Under the pieces are notes generated by a model. That model saw only the letters and a program-made list of their open reading frames with translations, was not told the DNA's origin and ran no database searches. DNA of 64,000 bases from an uncultured Gammaproteobacteria bacterium (GTDB taxonomy: Bacteria; Pseudomonadota; Gammaproteobacteria; GCA-002705445; GCA-002716945). Positions 1-9,975 of this stretch are shown piece after piece (within the stretch, counting starts at the first letter, position 1; every line of letters begins with the position of its first letter). A program made the translations under genes and the position numbers. The stretch spans positions 11,755 through 75,754 of the forward strand of contig CACEHM010000005.1 in assembly GCA_902559355.1 (NCBI GenBank), written 5' to 3'.

Positions 1-144
1 GCATATTTTAGATACTCTAATAAATCTAATGAACTTGATAATCTTTATTTTGTTGGGGCCGGTAGTCATCCGGGAGCTGGCGTACCTGGGGTAATCTCAT
101 CTGCAAAAGTTACAGAAAAGCTTATACTTAAATATCATGGCTGA
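1..144 (+). CDS. crtI: phytoene desaturase, C-terminal fragment (truncated by window start)
   Basis: Manual frame-1 translation gives ...NLYFVGAGSHPGAGVPGVISSAK..., the CrtI C-terminal signature; TGA at 142-144 overlaps crtB start. Confidence 0.9.
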   Translation, partial: AYFRYSNKSNELDNLYFVGAGSHPGAGVPGVISSAKVTEKLILKYHG

Positions 145-961
145 GTCTAGTAATCATATTCTTAAACAAAATAGCAAGACATTCCATATTGCATCTTTAT
201 TTCTTCCAAAAAATATTAAAAAGAAAGTCTTATCTGTATATGCATTCTGCAGACTGTATGATGATAATGTAGATCACAAGCGTTCTGTCAATACATCAGA
301 ATTAGAAGAAAAGATCCTGAGCTTTGGGATTGATGAGAAGGTTATAGCCCAACTTAAAGAAGGCATTGATTCAGACATGTATTCAAATAGCATTTCCTCT
401 ATGGAGGACCTATTAAATTACTGCTATAAAGTAGCAGGGTGTGTGGGCATTATGATGTGTGATGTGCTTAACATAACTGACAGACGAGCTAAGTATCATG
501 CTATAGATTTAGGCATTGCAATGCAGATTACAAATATATGTAGAGATATTAAAGAAGATTTTTCTATGAGCAGAATCTATCTTCCCAAAGACAGAATTAC
601 TAAAAGTGAAATGATAAGTAGAAAGAACAATAAACTTTTTAAAACTACTTGTGAACTAATTGCACTATCAAATAGATATTATGAAAGTGCACTAGAGGGA
701 ATAAAATATATACCATTAAACACAAGGTTTTCTATTTTATTCGCACTGATGATGTATCAACAAATTGGTTTCAAAATTAAAAATAATGAAGAAAGTTTCA
801 TAATTAAAAAACCAAATACTACTAAGATAGATAAATTTTTAGTATTCATAAAAACTGTATTTATCTTTATATATAGATACCTATTATGTTCACCTAAAGC
901 CCATAATCAGTCTCTACATTCATCATTACAAGGTTTACCAAACACTCATGAAAGATTATGA
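137..961 (+). CDS. crtB: phytoene synthase
   Basis: SKTFHIAS, YAFCRLYDD, YCYKVAGCVG, LGIAMQITNICRDIKED motifs; between crtI and crtY. Confidence 0.93.
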   Translation: MAESSNHILKQNSKTFHIASLFLPKNIKKKVLSVYAFCRLYDDNVDHKRSVNTSELEEKILSFGIDEKVIAQLKEGIDSDMYSNSISSMEDLLNYCYKVAGCVGIMMCDVLNITDRRAKYHAIDLGIAMQITNICRDIKEDFSMSRIYLPKDRITKSEMISRKNNKLFKTTCELIALSNRYYESALEGIKYIPLNTRFSILFALMMYQQIGFKIKNNEESFIIKKPNTTKIDKFLVFIKTVFIFIYRYLLCSPKAHNQSLHSSLQGLPNTHERL

Positions 962-2069
962 CATAGTAATAGTGGGCGCAGGTTGCTCAGGACTTAGTCT
1001 TGCTTATAGACTAATTAATAGTTCTTATAGTGTATGTCTGATTGAAAATAAGCCTGTTACAAATAGAATAAGAAAAACATGGTCATATTGGGATGCTTAT
1101 GAGCACCCATTTAAACATTTAAACAAATACACTAATAAAAAATTATCTATTCATAATAACAAATCAACTTCTATACTGGATTGTTCTGAACAGAACTACT
1201 GTAGTATTGATTCTTATGACTTCGATAAATATGTTCTCAATAATATTGATGAATGCGCTAATGTGGAAATAATGTTTGATACAGAAATAAAAGAAATTAT
1301 TACAACACATGAGCGTTATGATATTAATCTCAATAAAGGATCAATAAATGCTAAATATATTTTTGACAGTAGACCAAATAGTCAGGCAATCGAAATGAAG
1401 CAAATATTTAAAGGATTATTTATAAGATTCGATAAAGAAATAAAAAAATTTAATACTCAACTCATGGATTTTACTGAGAAAAACGAATTTCACTTTTTTT
1501 ATTGCTTACCTATGGGGGATGATACGTACTTGTTTGAATCAACTTATTACACAGCACTCAGAAAAGATAAAAATGAGATGACAGACGAAGTTCATGAGTA
1601 TATTAAAAAAAGATATGGAGATGAATACTCAATTATGAGAGAAGAATATGGTGAAATTCCATTAACTACAAATATTAAAATAAATAAAAAAAATTCAAAT
1701 TATTTAAATATCGGAATCCCCTCCGGCTCTACGAGAGCATCAACAGGGTATACATTTCTAAATATCCAAAAACAAGCAGATGAGTATATAAAAAAATTAG
1801 ATGGAAATAATTATATTGAATTTCCGAGTACATTTAAAAGCAGAGTTTTAAGAAAAATGGACAATGTGCTTTTGCAAATAATTAAAGATCACCCTAATGC
1901 CAGTAAAAATATTCTCTATAGAATGTTCGAATCTAATGACAGCAAAAGAGTCATTAGATTTTTATCGGATAATCCAACTCTACTCGACATACTTATAATC
2001 GTTTGGAATATGCCTAAATTAATATTTATAAAATATGCTATTAAATCATTTACAACAAGAAGTATATAA
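948..2069 (+). CDS. crtY: lycopene beta-cyclase
   Basis: N-terminal GAGCSG FAD motif, LMDF, FFYCLP, ESTYY, EYGEIP, STGYTF; carotenoid operon context. Confidence 0.88.
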   Translation: MKDYDIVIVGAGCSGLSLAYRLINSSYSVCLIENKPVTNRIRKTWSYWDAYEHPFKHLNKYTNKKLSIHNNKSTSILDCSEQNYCSIDSYDFDKYVLNNIDECANVEIMFDTEIKEIITTHERYDINLNKGSINAKYIFDSRPNSQAIEMKQIFKGLFIRFDKEIKKFNTQLMDFTEKNEFHFFYCLPMGDDTYLFESTYYTALRKDKNEMTDEVHEYIKKRYGDEYSIMREEYGEIPLTTNIKINKKNSNYLNIGIPSGSTRASTGYTFLNIQKQADEYIKKLDGNNYIEFPSTFKSRVLRKMDNVLLQIIKDHPNASKNILYRMFESNDSKRVIRFLSDNPTLLDILIIVWNMPKLIFIKYAIKSFTTRSI

Positions 2070-2937
2070 AAAATATCAACTGATATTATTAATGAACCTA
2101 AGCATAATTAGTTTGTTGCTTATGATTATTGAACCAACAATTCTTAATACAAATACACAACTAATACTTCTGCTCACAACTGTTACCATAATAGGCATAC
2201 CTCATGGTTATTTTGATTTCTTAATTGCAAAAAAACTGTTTAATCACTATAACAATTGGCTTGCTAAATTTATCTCTACATATACATCATTATCGTTAGT
2301 TTACCTTCTAGCTTGGCTTATATCTCCTGTTGCTGCGCTGACTATATTCTTGATTATGTCTGTTTATCATTTTGGTATAGAAGAGACAGAGGATATAAAA
2401 AACAATAATATTTTATTGATATTGTATCTAGGAAGCGTTCCTATTATTGTTCCAATCTTATTTCATACTAACGAGGTGTATTATTTTTTTGATATATTAC
2501 TAAATCAAACGATTACGTATCAAAATAACTTTGACTTAATAAAATATGTATATTGTTTTGGACTTATCGGTCTATTATTTCTGAAGGTTAAAAAATTACT
2601 CCCACTATATGGGCTATTACTTATCAACTTCATATTTTTACCACCATTAATCTCCTTCATACTTTATTTTTGTTTTCACCACTCTATTAGGCACTACTTA
2701 CACGCAATGGGAGATAGTAATATTTTTTCAAGCCAGATTAATGTTATGAAGTTTGCAACTATCTTTCTAGTGCTCACAGTTGTTTTTACTGCGGCAGTTG
2801 TAGGATACATGACAGAGTTTTCAAATTTGACGTTTGAAAAAATAATCATTAAATATATTTTTATCACACTAGCTTGCCTAACTCTGCCTCACCTACTATT
2901 GAATATCATTTATGAAAATAAGTTTAGTTATAAGTAA
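2035..2937 (+). CDS. blh: beta-carotene 15,15'-dioxygenase, Brp/Blh family
   Basis: Multi-TM protein with GIPHGYFD, SVYHFG, YFCFHHSIRH and LTLPH His motifs; follows crtY. Confidence 0.9.
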   Translation: MLLNHLQQEVYKKYQLILLMNLSIISLLLMIIEPTILNTNTQLILLLTTVTIIGIPHGYFDFLIAKKLFNHYNNWLAKFISTYTSLSLVYLLAWLISPVAALTIFLIMSVYHFGIEETEDIKNNNILLILYLGSVPIIVPILFHTNEVYYFFDILLNQTITYQNNFDLIKYVYCFGLIGLLFLKVKKLLPLYGLLLINFIFLPPLISFILYFCFHHSIRHYLHAMGDSNIFSSQINVMKFATIFLVLTVVFTAAVVGYMTEFSNLTFEKIIIKYIFITLACLTLPHLLLNIIYENKFSYK

Positions 2938-2941
2938 TACT

Positions 2942-2961
2942 AAATTAGATTATTCTAATAT
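2942..2961. promoter_or_regulatory. putative ArsR-family operator, AAATTAG-N6-CTAATAT
   Basis: One mismatch to the ATATTAG-N6-CTAATAT palindrome also found at 8747, 34509 and 57890. Confidence 0.4.
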
Positions 2962-3019
2962 TATTATTATTGTTGATTTTATATATTAAAAGAAGATACT
3001 CAGATTAGAGGGGTTTAAA

Positions 3020-3085
3020 ATGGTTATATCGATAATAGCGTTTGTGCTTTTAATGTGGCTATTTTGTTGTGGCTTTAAAAGTTAA
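3020..3085 (+). CDS. putative 21-aa single-TM peptide [21 protein letters not shown]
   Basis: ATG at 3020 with GAGGGG Shine-Dalgarno upstream; hydrophobic; below the ORF-track length cutoff. Confidence 0.45.
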   Translation: MVISIIAFVLLMWLFCCGFKS

Positions 3086-3120
3086 AAATAAATAATTCTA
3101 TAAGGAAAGTAGTCTTTAAT

Positions 3121-5061
3121 ATGAGCGTATCTGATATTTATAAATCCAAAGATTGGGTTAAAGATAAAGCACTAATAAATAAAGAAGATTATAAAAAACT
3201 TTATAATCAATCTATTACAGATCCATTATCCTTTTGGGATGAGCAAGGCAAGCGACTCGACTGGTATACGCCTTATACAAAAATTAGAGACTATTCGTAT
3301 GATATAAATAACCTCTACATTAAATGGTATGAAGATGGAGTATTAAATGTATCTTATAACTGTATTGATCGACATATTGAAAAATCTGGTGATAAAGTTG
3401 CAATACTATGGGAAGGGGATGATCCAGCACAAACTAAAAAAATTACTTATAAAGAACTTTTAATAGAAGTATGTAGATTTTCAAATGGATTAAAGTCACT
3501 AGGCATAAACAAAGGCGATAGAGTTACTATTTATATGCCAATGATTCCTGAAGCTGCAGTTGCTATGCTTGCTTGTACTAGGATAGGTGCGATTCATTCC
3601 GTTGTTTTTGGAGGATTTTCTCCTGAAGCATTGGCGGGTAGGTTAGAAGATTGCAATTCTAAATTTATAATTACCTCTGATGAAGGTGTTCGAGGAGGCA
3701 AAATCATTCCATTAAAAAGCAATGTCGATATGGCTATCTCGAAAGTTAAAGATTTTGAAAAATGTATAGTTGTGAAAAGAACAGGAAATGATGTTCCATG
3801 GAATGATAAATATGATTATTGGTACCATGATTTAATAGATAACTCTTCTGATACATTTGAACCAGAAAAAATGTCGGCAGAAGATCCAATGTTTATTTTA
3901 TATACATCTGGATCAACCGGGAAACCCAAAGGTGTTCTTCATACTACTGGAGGATATTTAGTTTATGCATCATTAACTCACCAATATGTTTTTGACTATC
4001 ATGACGATGATATATATTGGTGTACTGCTGATGTAGGTTGGGTGACTGGACACTCTTACATTATCTATGGCCCTTTGTGTAATGGGGCGACCACAGTTAT
4101 GTTCGAGGGAATTCCTAATTATCCGACAGCTAGTAGATTCTGGGAAATTGTAGATAAACATAGAATTAATATTTTATATACTGCACCTACGGCTATTCGT
4201 GCACTAATGTCTGAGGGTAATAAGTTCCTAGAAAATACATCTAGAAAATCTCTTCGAATTTTAGGAAGCGTCGGAGAACCAATAAATCCAGAGGCATGGC
4301 GATGGTACTACGAAGCCGCAGGGAATTCTCAATGCTCCATCGTTGATACTTGGTGGCAAACTGAAACCGGAGGGATATTGATCACTCCACTAGTTGGAGC
4401 AATTGACATGAAACCTGGATCTGCCACTCTCCCTTTCTTTGGAATAAAGCCATCAATTGTTGACAAGGATAATCAAGAAATAGAGGGTCCAGGAGAGGGA
4501 AGTCTTTGTATTGATGCCTCATGGCCCGGTCAAATGAGAACCGTATATGGTGATCATGACAGATTCATTGATACCTACTTTAAACAGTATTTAGGAAGAT
4601 ACTTTTCTGGTGATGGTTGTAGGAGAGACGAAGATGGTTATTACTGGATTACTGGTAGGATGGATGATGTAATAAATGTCTCAGGTCATCGTCTGGGAAC
4701 TGCCGAAGTAGAATCCGCACTTGTTCTCCATCAGGATGTTTCTGAAGCAGCTGTAGTTGGATATCCTCATGATATAAAAGGACAGGGATTATATGCATTC
4801 GTGACTTTGAATAAAGGAACTGAACAGAACGAGCAATTAGAAAATGATTTATTAGCATGGGTCAAAAAAGAAATTGGCTCAATTGCAAAACCTGATTTTA
4901 TACAATTTACGAATGGATTACCTAAGACTAGGTCTGGTAAAATTATGAGGAGAATATTAAGGAAAATATCTACAAACGATTATACTAACTTAGGCGATAC
5001 ATCAACGCTAGCCGATCCTGGCGTAGTCGATGAGCTAATACTTAACAGGAAGAACATATAA
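3121..5061 (+). CDS. acs: acetyl-CoA synthetase
   Basis: [14 protein letters not shown]-binding loop, [22 protein letters not shown]. Confidence 0.97.
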   Translation: MSVSDIYKSKDWVKDKALINKEDYKKLYNQSITDPLSFWDEQGKRLDWYTPYTKIRDYSYDINNLYIKWYEDGVLNVSYNCIDRHIEKSGDKVAILWEGDDPAQTKKITYKELLIEVCRFSNGLKSLGINKGDRVTIYMPMIPEAAVAMLACTRIGAIHSVVFGGFSPEALAGRLEDCNSKFIITSDEGVRGGKIIPLKSNVDMAISKVKDFEKCIVVKRTGNDVPWNDKYDYWYHDLIDNSSDTFEPEKMSAEDPMFILYTSGSTGKPKGVLHTTGGYLVYASLTHQYVFDYHDDDIYWCTADVGWVTGHSYIIYGPLCNGATTVMFEGIPNYPTASRFWEIVDKHRINILYTAPTAIRALMSEGNKFLENTSRKSLRILGSVGEPINPEAWRWYYEAAGNSQCSIVDTWWQTETGGILITPLVGAIDMKPGSATLPFFGIKPSIVDKDNQEIEGPGEGSLCIDASWPGQMRTVYGDHDRFIDTYFKQYLGRYFSGDGCRRDEDGYYWITGRMDDVINVSGHRLGTAEVESALVLHQDVSEAAVVGYPHDIKGQGLYAFVTLNKGTEQNEQLENDLLAWVKKEIGSIAKPDFIQFTNGLPKTRSGKIMRRILRKISTNDYTNLGDTSTLADPGVVDELILNRKNI

Positions 5062-5447
5062 TGGTTGATATAGTAAAAAAAAGAGTTATTGACTGGGATA
5101 ATCAGTTACGTAAAGAAAAACATTTCAATGAAAAATTTGGAACAAATTTAACTCCAAGTGAAGTAAAAGAATTGACAGGCTCTTTCAGGAGACTTACTGA
5201 AAAAAGTAAAAGTAAAATCGGTGATGGAACACTAGAGCAATCTGAAGAATTTTATTTGTCTCTTGATTTAATGAAACAGAATCAATATTCACATATTTGT
5301 AAGAATAGAAGCGCAGCATTTTATAAGATAGGGGACGAGCCTGATTCAGATAAGAATAATTCTGAGTATCAGCAAGTATTTAAAAAATGGGATCAAGAGC
5401 TCAAGGACTTCAAAGATAAAAATGATTGGATGAAATTTAATAAATAA
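5061..5447 (+). CDS. hypothetical protein
   Basis: 128-aa ORF coupled to acs (TAATG overlap) and abutting the SRAP gene; no recognised motif. Confidence 0.6.
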   Translation: MVDIVKKRVIDWDNQLRKEKHFNEKFGTNLTPSEVKELTGSFRRLTEKSKSKIGDGTLEQSEEFYLSLDLMKQNQYSHICKNRSAAFYKIGDEPDSDKNNSEYQQVFKKWDQELKDFKDKNDWMKFNK

Positions 5448-5450
5448 TAT

Positions 5451-6029
5451 ATGTGTGGACGTTTCACTTTAACAAATAAAGATAAAGTCAAAAAAAGATT
5501 TGATATCGATTTAGAGCAAAGCTTTAATATTTGTCCAAGTACAGAAATTTTAGTCCTTACCAATAAATTAGAGAATATAAAATGGGGTTATTCTCCTCAT
5601 TGGGCAAAATCTCCGATGAATCTTATCAATGCACGATATGAGACTATTCATGAAAAGCCATCATTTAAAGATGCTAAGCGATGTGTGTTTATTATGGATG
5701 GGTGGTATGAGTGGAAAAGATATTTTGATTGGAAAAGAAGGGAGAACATCAAAGATCCCTATTACCACCACCTGAATAGCAACCTCATATATACTGCAGG
5801 GTTATATAATGAAAGTGGTTGTGTTTGTGTGACGAAAGAGTCTGTCAAGCCAATATCTGATATACATAACAGACAACCCCTTCTACTTGAAGAAGAACAA
5901 ATAGAAAAGTGGTTGGTAGGTGATCATATACTTAAAGATTATGTTTCAGGCAACATACAGATACATAAGGTTTCAACATATGTTAATTCGCCAAGAAATA
6001 ATGACTATAAATGCATTCAACCTATATAG
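5451..6029 (+). CDS. SOS response-associated peptidase (SRAP, YedK/HMCES-like abasic-site processing protein)
   Basis: N-terminal MCGRF, INARYET, GWYEW, IHNRQP, VSTYVNSPRN. Confidence 0.9.
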   Translation: MCGRFTLTNKDKVKKRFDIDLEQSFNICPSTEILVLTNKLENIKWGYSPHWAKSPMNLINARYETIHEKPSFKDAKRCVFIMDGWYEWKRYFDWKRRENIKDPYYHHLNSNLIYTAGLYNESGCVCVTKESVKPISDIHNRQPLLLEEEQIEKWLVGDHILKDYVSGNIQIHKVSTYVNSPRNNDYKCIQPI

Positions 6030-6159
6030 AAATATTATTTAAAAACTTTGAAAAGAAGAATAATAATATAGATGCTATGACATCATAAAGAGGCTGAGCT
6101 TCTGGGTAGCCATAATTCCATAAAACTATGAGAAAGACCCAAATTATGAATACCAACAT

Positions 6160-6477
6160 CTATTGAATTTTGTCTAGTAGGACTGATTTCTTGTTATTGA
6201 ATTCTTCATCAGTAATTATTCCACGATCTTTGAGGTCTGCGAGTTTCTCAATTTGCGATAATGTCTCATCAATACCACTGTATCTTGGTTTATCATTGTT
6301 TGATGAACCCATAAAATCAACATCATCATTAATTAATCTATGAATAAAAGAATTTTCTTTGTCTTCCTGTGACTTCTTAGTATGGCCTATCTTATTATTA
6401 GCTCCTGGCCTTGCTGTATCTTGCGCGATACTATGCAGAGAAAAAATCAAAAAAACGAAAGGTAATAAATATTTCAT
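6160..6477 (-). CDS. exported protein with C-terminal SHOCT domain
   Basis: Signal peptide from MKYLLPF (ATG 6477; track ORF starts 6543); C-terminal IEKLADLKDRGIITDEEFNNKK. Confidence 0.7.
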   Translation of the reverse strand: MKYLLPFVFLIFSLHSIAQDTARPGANNKIGHTKKSQEDKENSFIHRLINDDVDFMGSSNNDKPRYSGIDETLSQIEKLADLKDRGIITDEEFNNKKSVLLDKIQ

Positions 6478-6508
6478 AGGGCCATTATAGTATTTATTTT
6501 TTACAAAA

Positions 6509-7516
6509 TCATTCCATCGACAAATTTTTGCTAAAGAACTCACTAACTTCTTTTAAAGCTTTTTGAGTTGCCTTATGGTTATATTTAACCGTAACGCCTT
6601 TAAATGAACATTTATCAAGAAAATATTCACTTATCTTAGGAGTATTTATTACAACACCTTTCATATTTTCAATTTCACCAGCATTAGTTATGGTTAGCGT
6701 ACAATCATCATTAATTATTTTTAAATTAGGAAGTTCATCAAAAGTCATCCCAAAATACAAAAATGGATTATCAAAACCATGTCTAGCATTTTCCATTGAT
6801 ATAAACTTAATCTTATTATCATCTCTAAAAAACTTTGTATAAATATTTCTACATGCAGCTTCTGGAGTGAGGTCATCATCTGCACCTGTAATCATCAATA
6901 AGGGTGTCTCTGTTACGCTATCACCAGGGAATGTAAAACCACAGTATGGATATAATGCTATTGCTGCTTTAAACCTCTCCTTAGTTGGTAGTAAATCATT
7001 CACAAATTTGAAATGTGATAGAATTGGGCCAACACCACCTTGTGACCATCCCAGGTATCCAACATTATTTATTTTTTCATCTGTTTTTAAAATATCGAGT
7101 GCTGCATATGCATCATTCATAAATGTTAGACCGGATACTTTTGAAAATGTTTTATCATATTTAATTTTTCTGGCTGCGTAATGATCTAATTGAAATACAA
7201 CCAACCCCATCTCTGTAAGAAGATCAACATATTTATCATGATACCTTCTCTTGCCGCCAGAACCATGAGTCATAATAATTGCATTGTAAGTATTTTTTTT
7301 AGTATCTGGGAAATAAAGCTGACCATTAATAACAAGCTTCTTTTTACCGGAATAGTCCAAGTCATAACTGTCAACTGACTCAAAACATATCAGCATATCG
7401 GATATAGCATTAATTGTAGATTTGGGCTTTTGATTCTCACAAGGATCTATTTTAGTCCTTGAGCAAGACGATATGATTACAGCTATCAGCAAAAACAAAA
7501 GGAAGCTTCTATACAT
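6509..7516 (-). CDS. dienelactone hydrolase-family alpha/beta hydrolase, probable lipoprotein
   Basis: Lipobox-like ISSC, HGSGG, GWSQGG nucleophile elbow, YPYC, GADDDLTP, HGFD. Confidence 0.8.
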   Translation of the reverse strand: MYRSFLLFLLIAVIISSCSRTKIDPCENQKPKSTINAISDMLICFESVDSYDLDYSGKKKLVINGQLYFPDTKKNTYNAIIMTHGSGGKRRYHDKYVDLLTEMGLVVFQLDHYAARKIKYDKTFSKVSGLTFMNDAYAALDILKTDEKINNVGYLGWSQGGVGPILSHFKFVNDLLPTKERFKAAIALYPYCGFTFPGDSVTETPLLMITGADDDLTPEAACRNIYTKFFRDDNKIKFISMENARHGFDNPFLYFGMTFDELPNLKIINDDCTLTITNAGEIENMKGVVINTPKISEYFLDKCSFKGVTVKYNHKATQKALKEVSEFFSKNLSME

Positions 7517-7521
7517 AAGTA

Positions 7522-8706
7522 TTATTTAGCTTTTGAAATTTTGTTTTCAATATCCTCTATAACAGCAATAATCTGATTATCTTTATTATATGGAACTGGC
7601 AGTAAACTGTTAGGTTTATCAATTTCCTCAAACTCAATTTTGACATCAGGCTCAATGCCATTGCCATGAATATGCCTATCATTAGGTGTGTAGTATCTTG
7701 CTGTTGTAAGTTTAAGTGCTGAGCCATCAATCATCTCTTGTATAGACTGAACAGATGCTTTACCGAACGATTTTTCTCCATAGATTTTAGCTCTTTGATG
7801 ATCTTGTAATGCACCTGCAACGATTTCTGATGCAGATGCTGAACCACCGTTGATAAGGACATAAAGAGGTAGTCCTTCGAGTATGTCTTCACTATTTGCA
7901 AAATATTCTAGATCTGAATTGTTAGTTCTGCCCTTGGTATAGACAATCTTACCTGACTCTAAAAATAAGTCTGATATACCAACAGCAGCACCTAAAACAC
8001 CACCGGGATTATTTCTTAAATCAAGAATAAGCGCAGTCATCATTTTGCCTGCATCCTTTCTAAGTTTATATATGGCATCTCTAACATTCGTTGTAGAGTT
8101 TGATTGGAAACTTGATAATCTCAGGTAACCAATTTCACCGTTGAAAATCTGAGTTTTTATTCCTTTAGATACAATTATTTGTCTAGTTAACTCAAAGTCT
8201 ATAGGTTGCTTTGCCTCTTCACGTAAAACTTTAACTTTTACTTTTGTACCAGGCTCACCTCGCATTAGTTTTACTGCATCATTAAGCGATTTATCTTTTA
8301 ACGAAACATCTTGAACTTCAATAACTAAATCACCGGCTTTTAGTCCAGCTTTTTGTGCTGGCGTATCATCAATGGGAGTTATAATTTTTACAAAACCATC
8401 TTCCATTGTAATCTCAATTCCTATACCACCGAATCTACCTGTGGTACCAACTTTGAGCTCGGAGAAATCATCTTTTGATAAGTAGTCTGAGTATGGATCA
8501 AGCTTCGACACCATGCCTTCAATCGCATAGTTGAATAATGTATTATCATCTATGTCATCTACATATTGATCTTTAATTTTTTTATAAACATCAACAAATT
8601 GCTGTATTTTTTCTGATGGAACTTCTGAATCATTGGCATACAACGGCAAGCTCGTTAGACCTAGCGTTACAGAAAATGCCACATATATAAGGGTTTTATT
8701 AAACAT
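7522..8706 (-). CDS. ctpA: carboxyl-terminal processing protease, S41 family
   Basis: LDPYSDY, GGIGIEI PDZ, DLRNNPGG, SASASEI, FGKASVQ; likely start MFNKT at 8706 (track ORF starts 8730). Confidence 0.92.
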   Translation of the reverse strand: MFNKTLIYVAFSVTLGLTSLPLYANDSEVPSEKIQQFVDVYKKIKDQYVDDIDDNTLFNYAIEGMVSKLDPYSDYLSKDDFSELKVGTTGRFGGIGIEITMEDGFVKIITPIDDTPAQKAGLKAGDLVIEVQDVSLKDKSLNDAVKLMRGEPGTKVKVKVLREEAKQPIDFELTRQIIVSKGIKTQIFNGEIGYLRLSSFQSNSTTNVRDAIYKLRKDAGKMMTALILDLRNNPGGVLGAAVGISDLFLESGKIVYTKGRTNNSDLEYFANSEDILEGLPLYVLINGGSASASEIVAGALQDHQRAKIYGEKSFGKASVQSIQEMIDGSALKLTTARYYTPNDRHIHGNGIEPDVKIEFEEIDKPNSLLPVPYNKDNQIIAVIEDIENKISKAK

Positions 8707-8746
8707 TTCGACCACGAGTAATAATAACACTTTATTGCTAGATTTA

Positions 8747-8766
8747 TTATTAGTTTCGGCTAATAT
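8747..8766. promoter_or_regulatory. putative autoregulatory ArsR operator, TTATTAG-N6-CTAATAT
   Basis: Inverted repeat 17 bp upstream of the arsR start codon. Confidence 0.55.
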
Positions 8767-8783
8767 AGGTATATAATAATACT

Positions 8784-9125
8784 ATGGAAAACGAACAAAT
8801 ACAGACCGAAGAGCAAATTGATTATTCTTCTGTAGACCAGCAAAAAGATGTAGAAACAGCATCTCGTTCACTCAAAGCAATGTCTCACCCCCTAAGGTTG
8901 ATGATTCTTTGTAAACTTGGCGAGGGCGAATTTAGCGTACAAGATATTGTTGATAATGTAGGTACATCACAAAGTAACATTTCACAACATCTAGCAATTC
9001 TTAGAGACAAAGGAATATTATCTGCAAGAAAAGACGCTAATAAAGTTTTTTATAAAGTCACTGATTTTAAAACTCTGAAACTAATAGATATGATGAGAGA
9101 AGTTTTCTGTTCTAAGCATAACTAA
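8784..9125 (+). CDS. ArsR/SmtB-family regulator, BigR/SqrR/HlyU-like dithiol (persulfide-sensor) type
   Basis: LKAMSHPLRLMILC, SQSNISQHLAILR HTH, second Cys in C-terminal VFC. Confidence 0.85.
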   Translation: MENEQIQTEEQIDYSSVDQQKDVETASRSLKAMSHPLRLMILCKLGEGEFSVQDIVDNVGTSQSNISQHLAILRDKGILSARKDANKVFYKVTDFKTLKLIDMMREVFCSKHN

Positions 9126-9133
9126 CCCATACA

Positions 9134-9541
9134 ATGGGTAATTCAATGGAATTTGTTTCAAATCACCCAGTCTTATCTGTAGCCTTATTTATTTTTATTT
9201 ATTTAATTATTTCTTATGAAATTAAAAATCTCACAAAGAAATATAAATCTATTAACTGCAATGACTTAGTTCAAAAAATCAATGAAGAAAATATCATTAT
9301 TCTAGATACAAGGGAAAAATCTGATTTCAAAAAAGGTCATATCTCTAATGCTACTAACTATGAAATATCTTCGGATAAAAAATTAGAACATACAGAAGTG
9401 GTAGTCTATGATAAAGATGAAATGGCAAGCGCTAGCAGTGCAGAAAAAATATCAAAAAATAATGTTACAAAAGTTATATACCTAGAAGGAGGCATTCAAT
9501 CTTGGATCGAAAATAATTTACCATTAGTGGAGAAGACATGA
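9134..9541 (+). CDS. membrane-anchored rhodanese-like protein (YibN-like)
   Basis: N-terminal TM, ILDTRE..F..GHI, LEGGIQSW; active-site position reads VVYD (no Cys). Confidence 0.8.
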   Translation: MGNSMEFVSNHPVLSVALFIFIYLIISYEIKNLTKKYKSINCNDLVQKINEENIIILDTREKSDFKKGHISNATNYEISSDKKLEHTEVVVYDKDEMASASSAEKISKNNVTKVIYLEGGIQSWIENNLPLVEKT

Positions 9542-9975
9542 CAGATAATAAAGTCCAATTTAATATACAAAGAATTTATTTAAAAGACTTATCGTTTGAA
9601 TCACCGATGACCCCAGATGTATTCACAAGTATGTCATCAGCCCCAAAAGTAGGCTTTAACTTTGAATCAAATATCAATAATATTTCTGATGACACACATG
9701 AACTAACATTAACGTTTAATGTTAAAGCTGAAGTTGAAAGTGAAACTCTGTACCTAGTTGAATTAAAACAATGTGGTGTATTTACAATATCAATTGATGA
9801 TGAAGCTGTTAAAAAGAGATTTTTAAATGTTCACTGTGCTGAAATCGTATATCCTTATGCAAGAGAAAATATTTCTAATACAATACTAAAAGGCGGTTTT
9901 CCTCCACTATTTTTGTCACCTATCGATTTCCATACAATTTACCAAAATGAATTAGAAAAAAGAAAAGATAATTAA
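9538..9975 (+). CDS. secB: protein-export chaperone SecB
   Basis: IQRIYLKDLSFESP, YPYARE, GGFPPLFLSPIDF. Confidence 0.95.
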   Translation: MTDNKVQFNIQRIYLKDLSFESPMTPDVFTSMSSAPKVGFNFESNINNISDDTHELTLTFNVKAEVESETLYLVELKQCGVFTISIDDEAVKKRFLNVHCAEIVYPYARENISNTILKGGFPPLFLSPIDFHTIYQNELEKRKDN

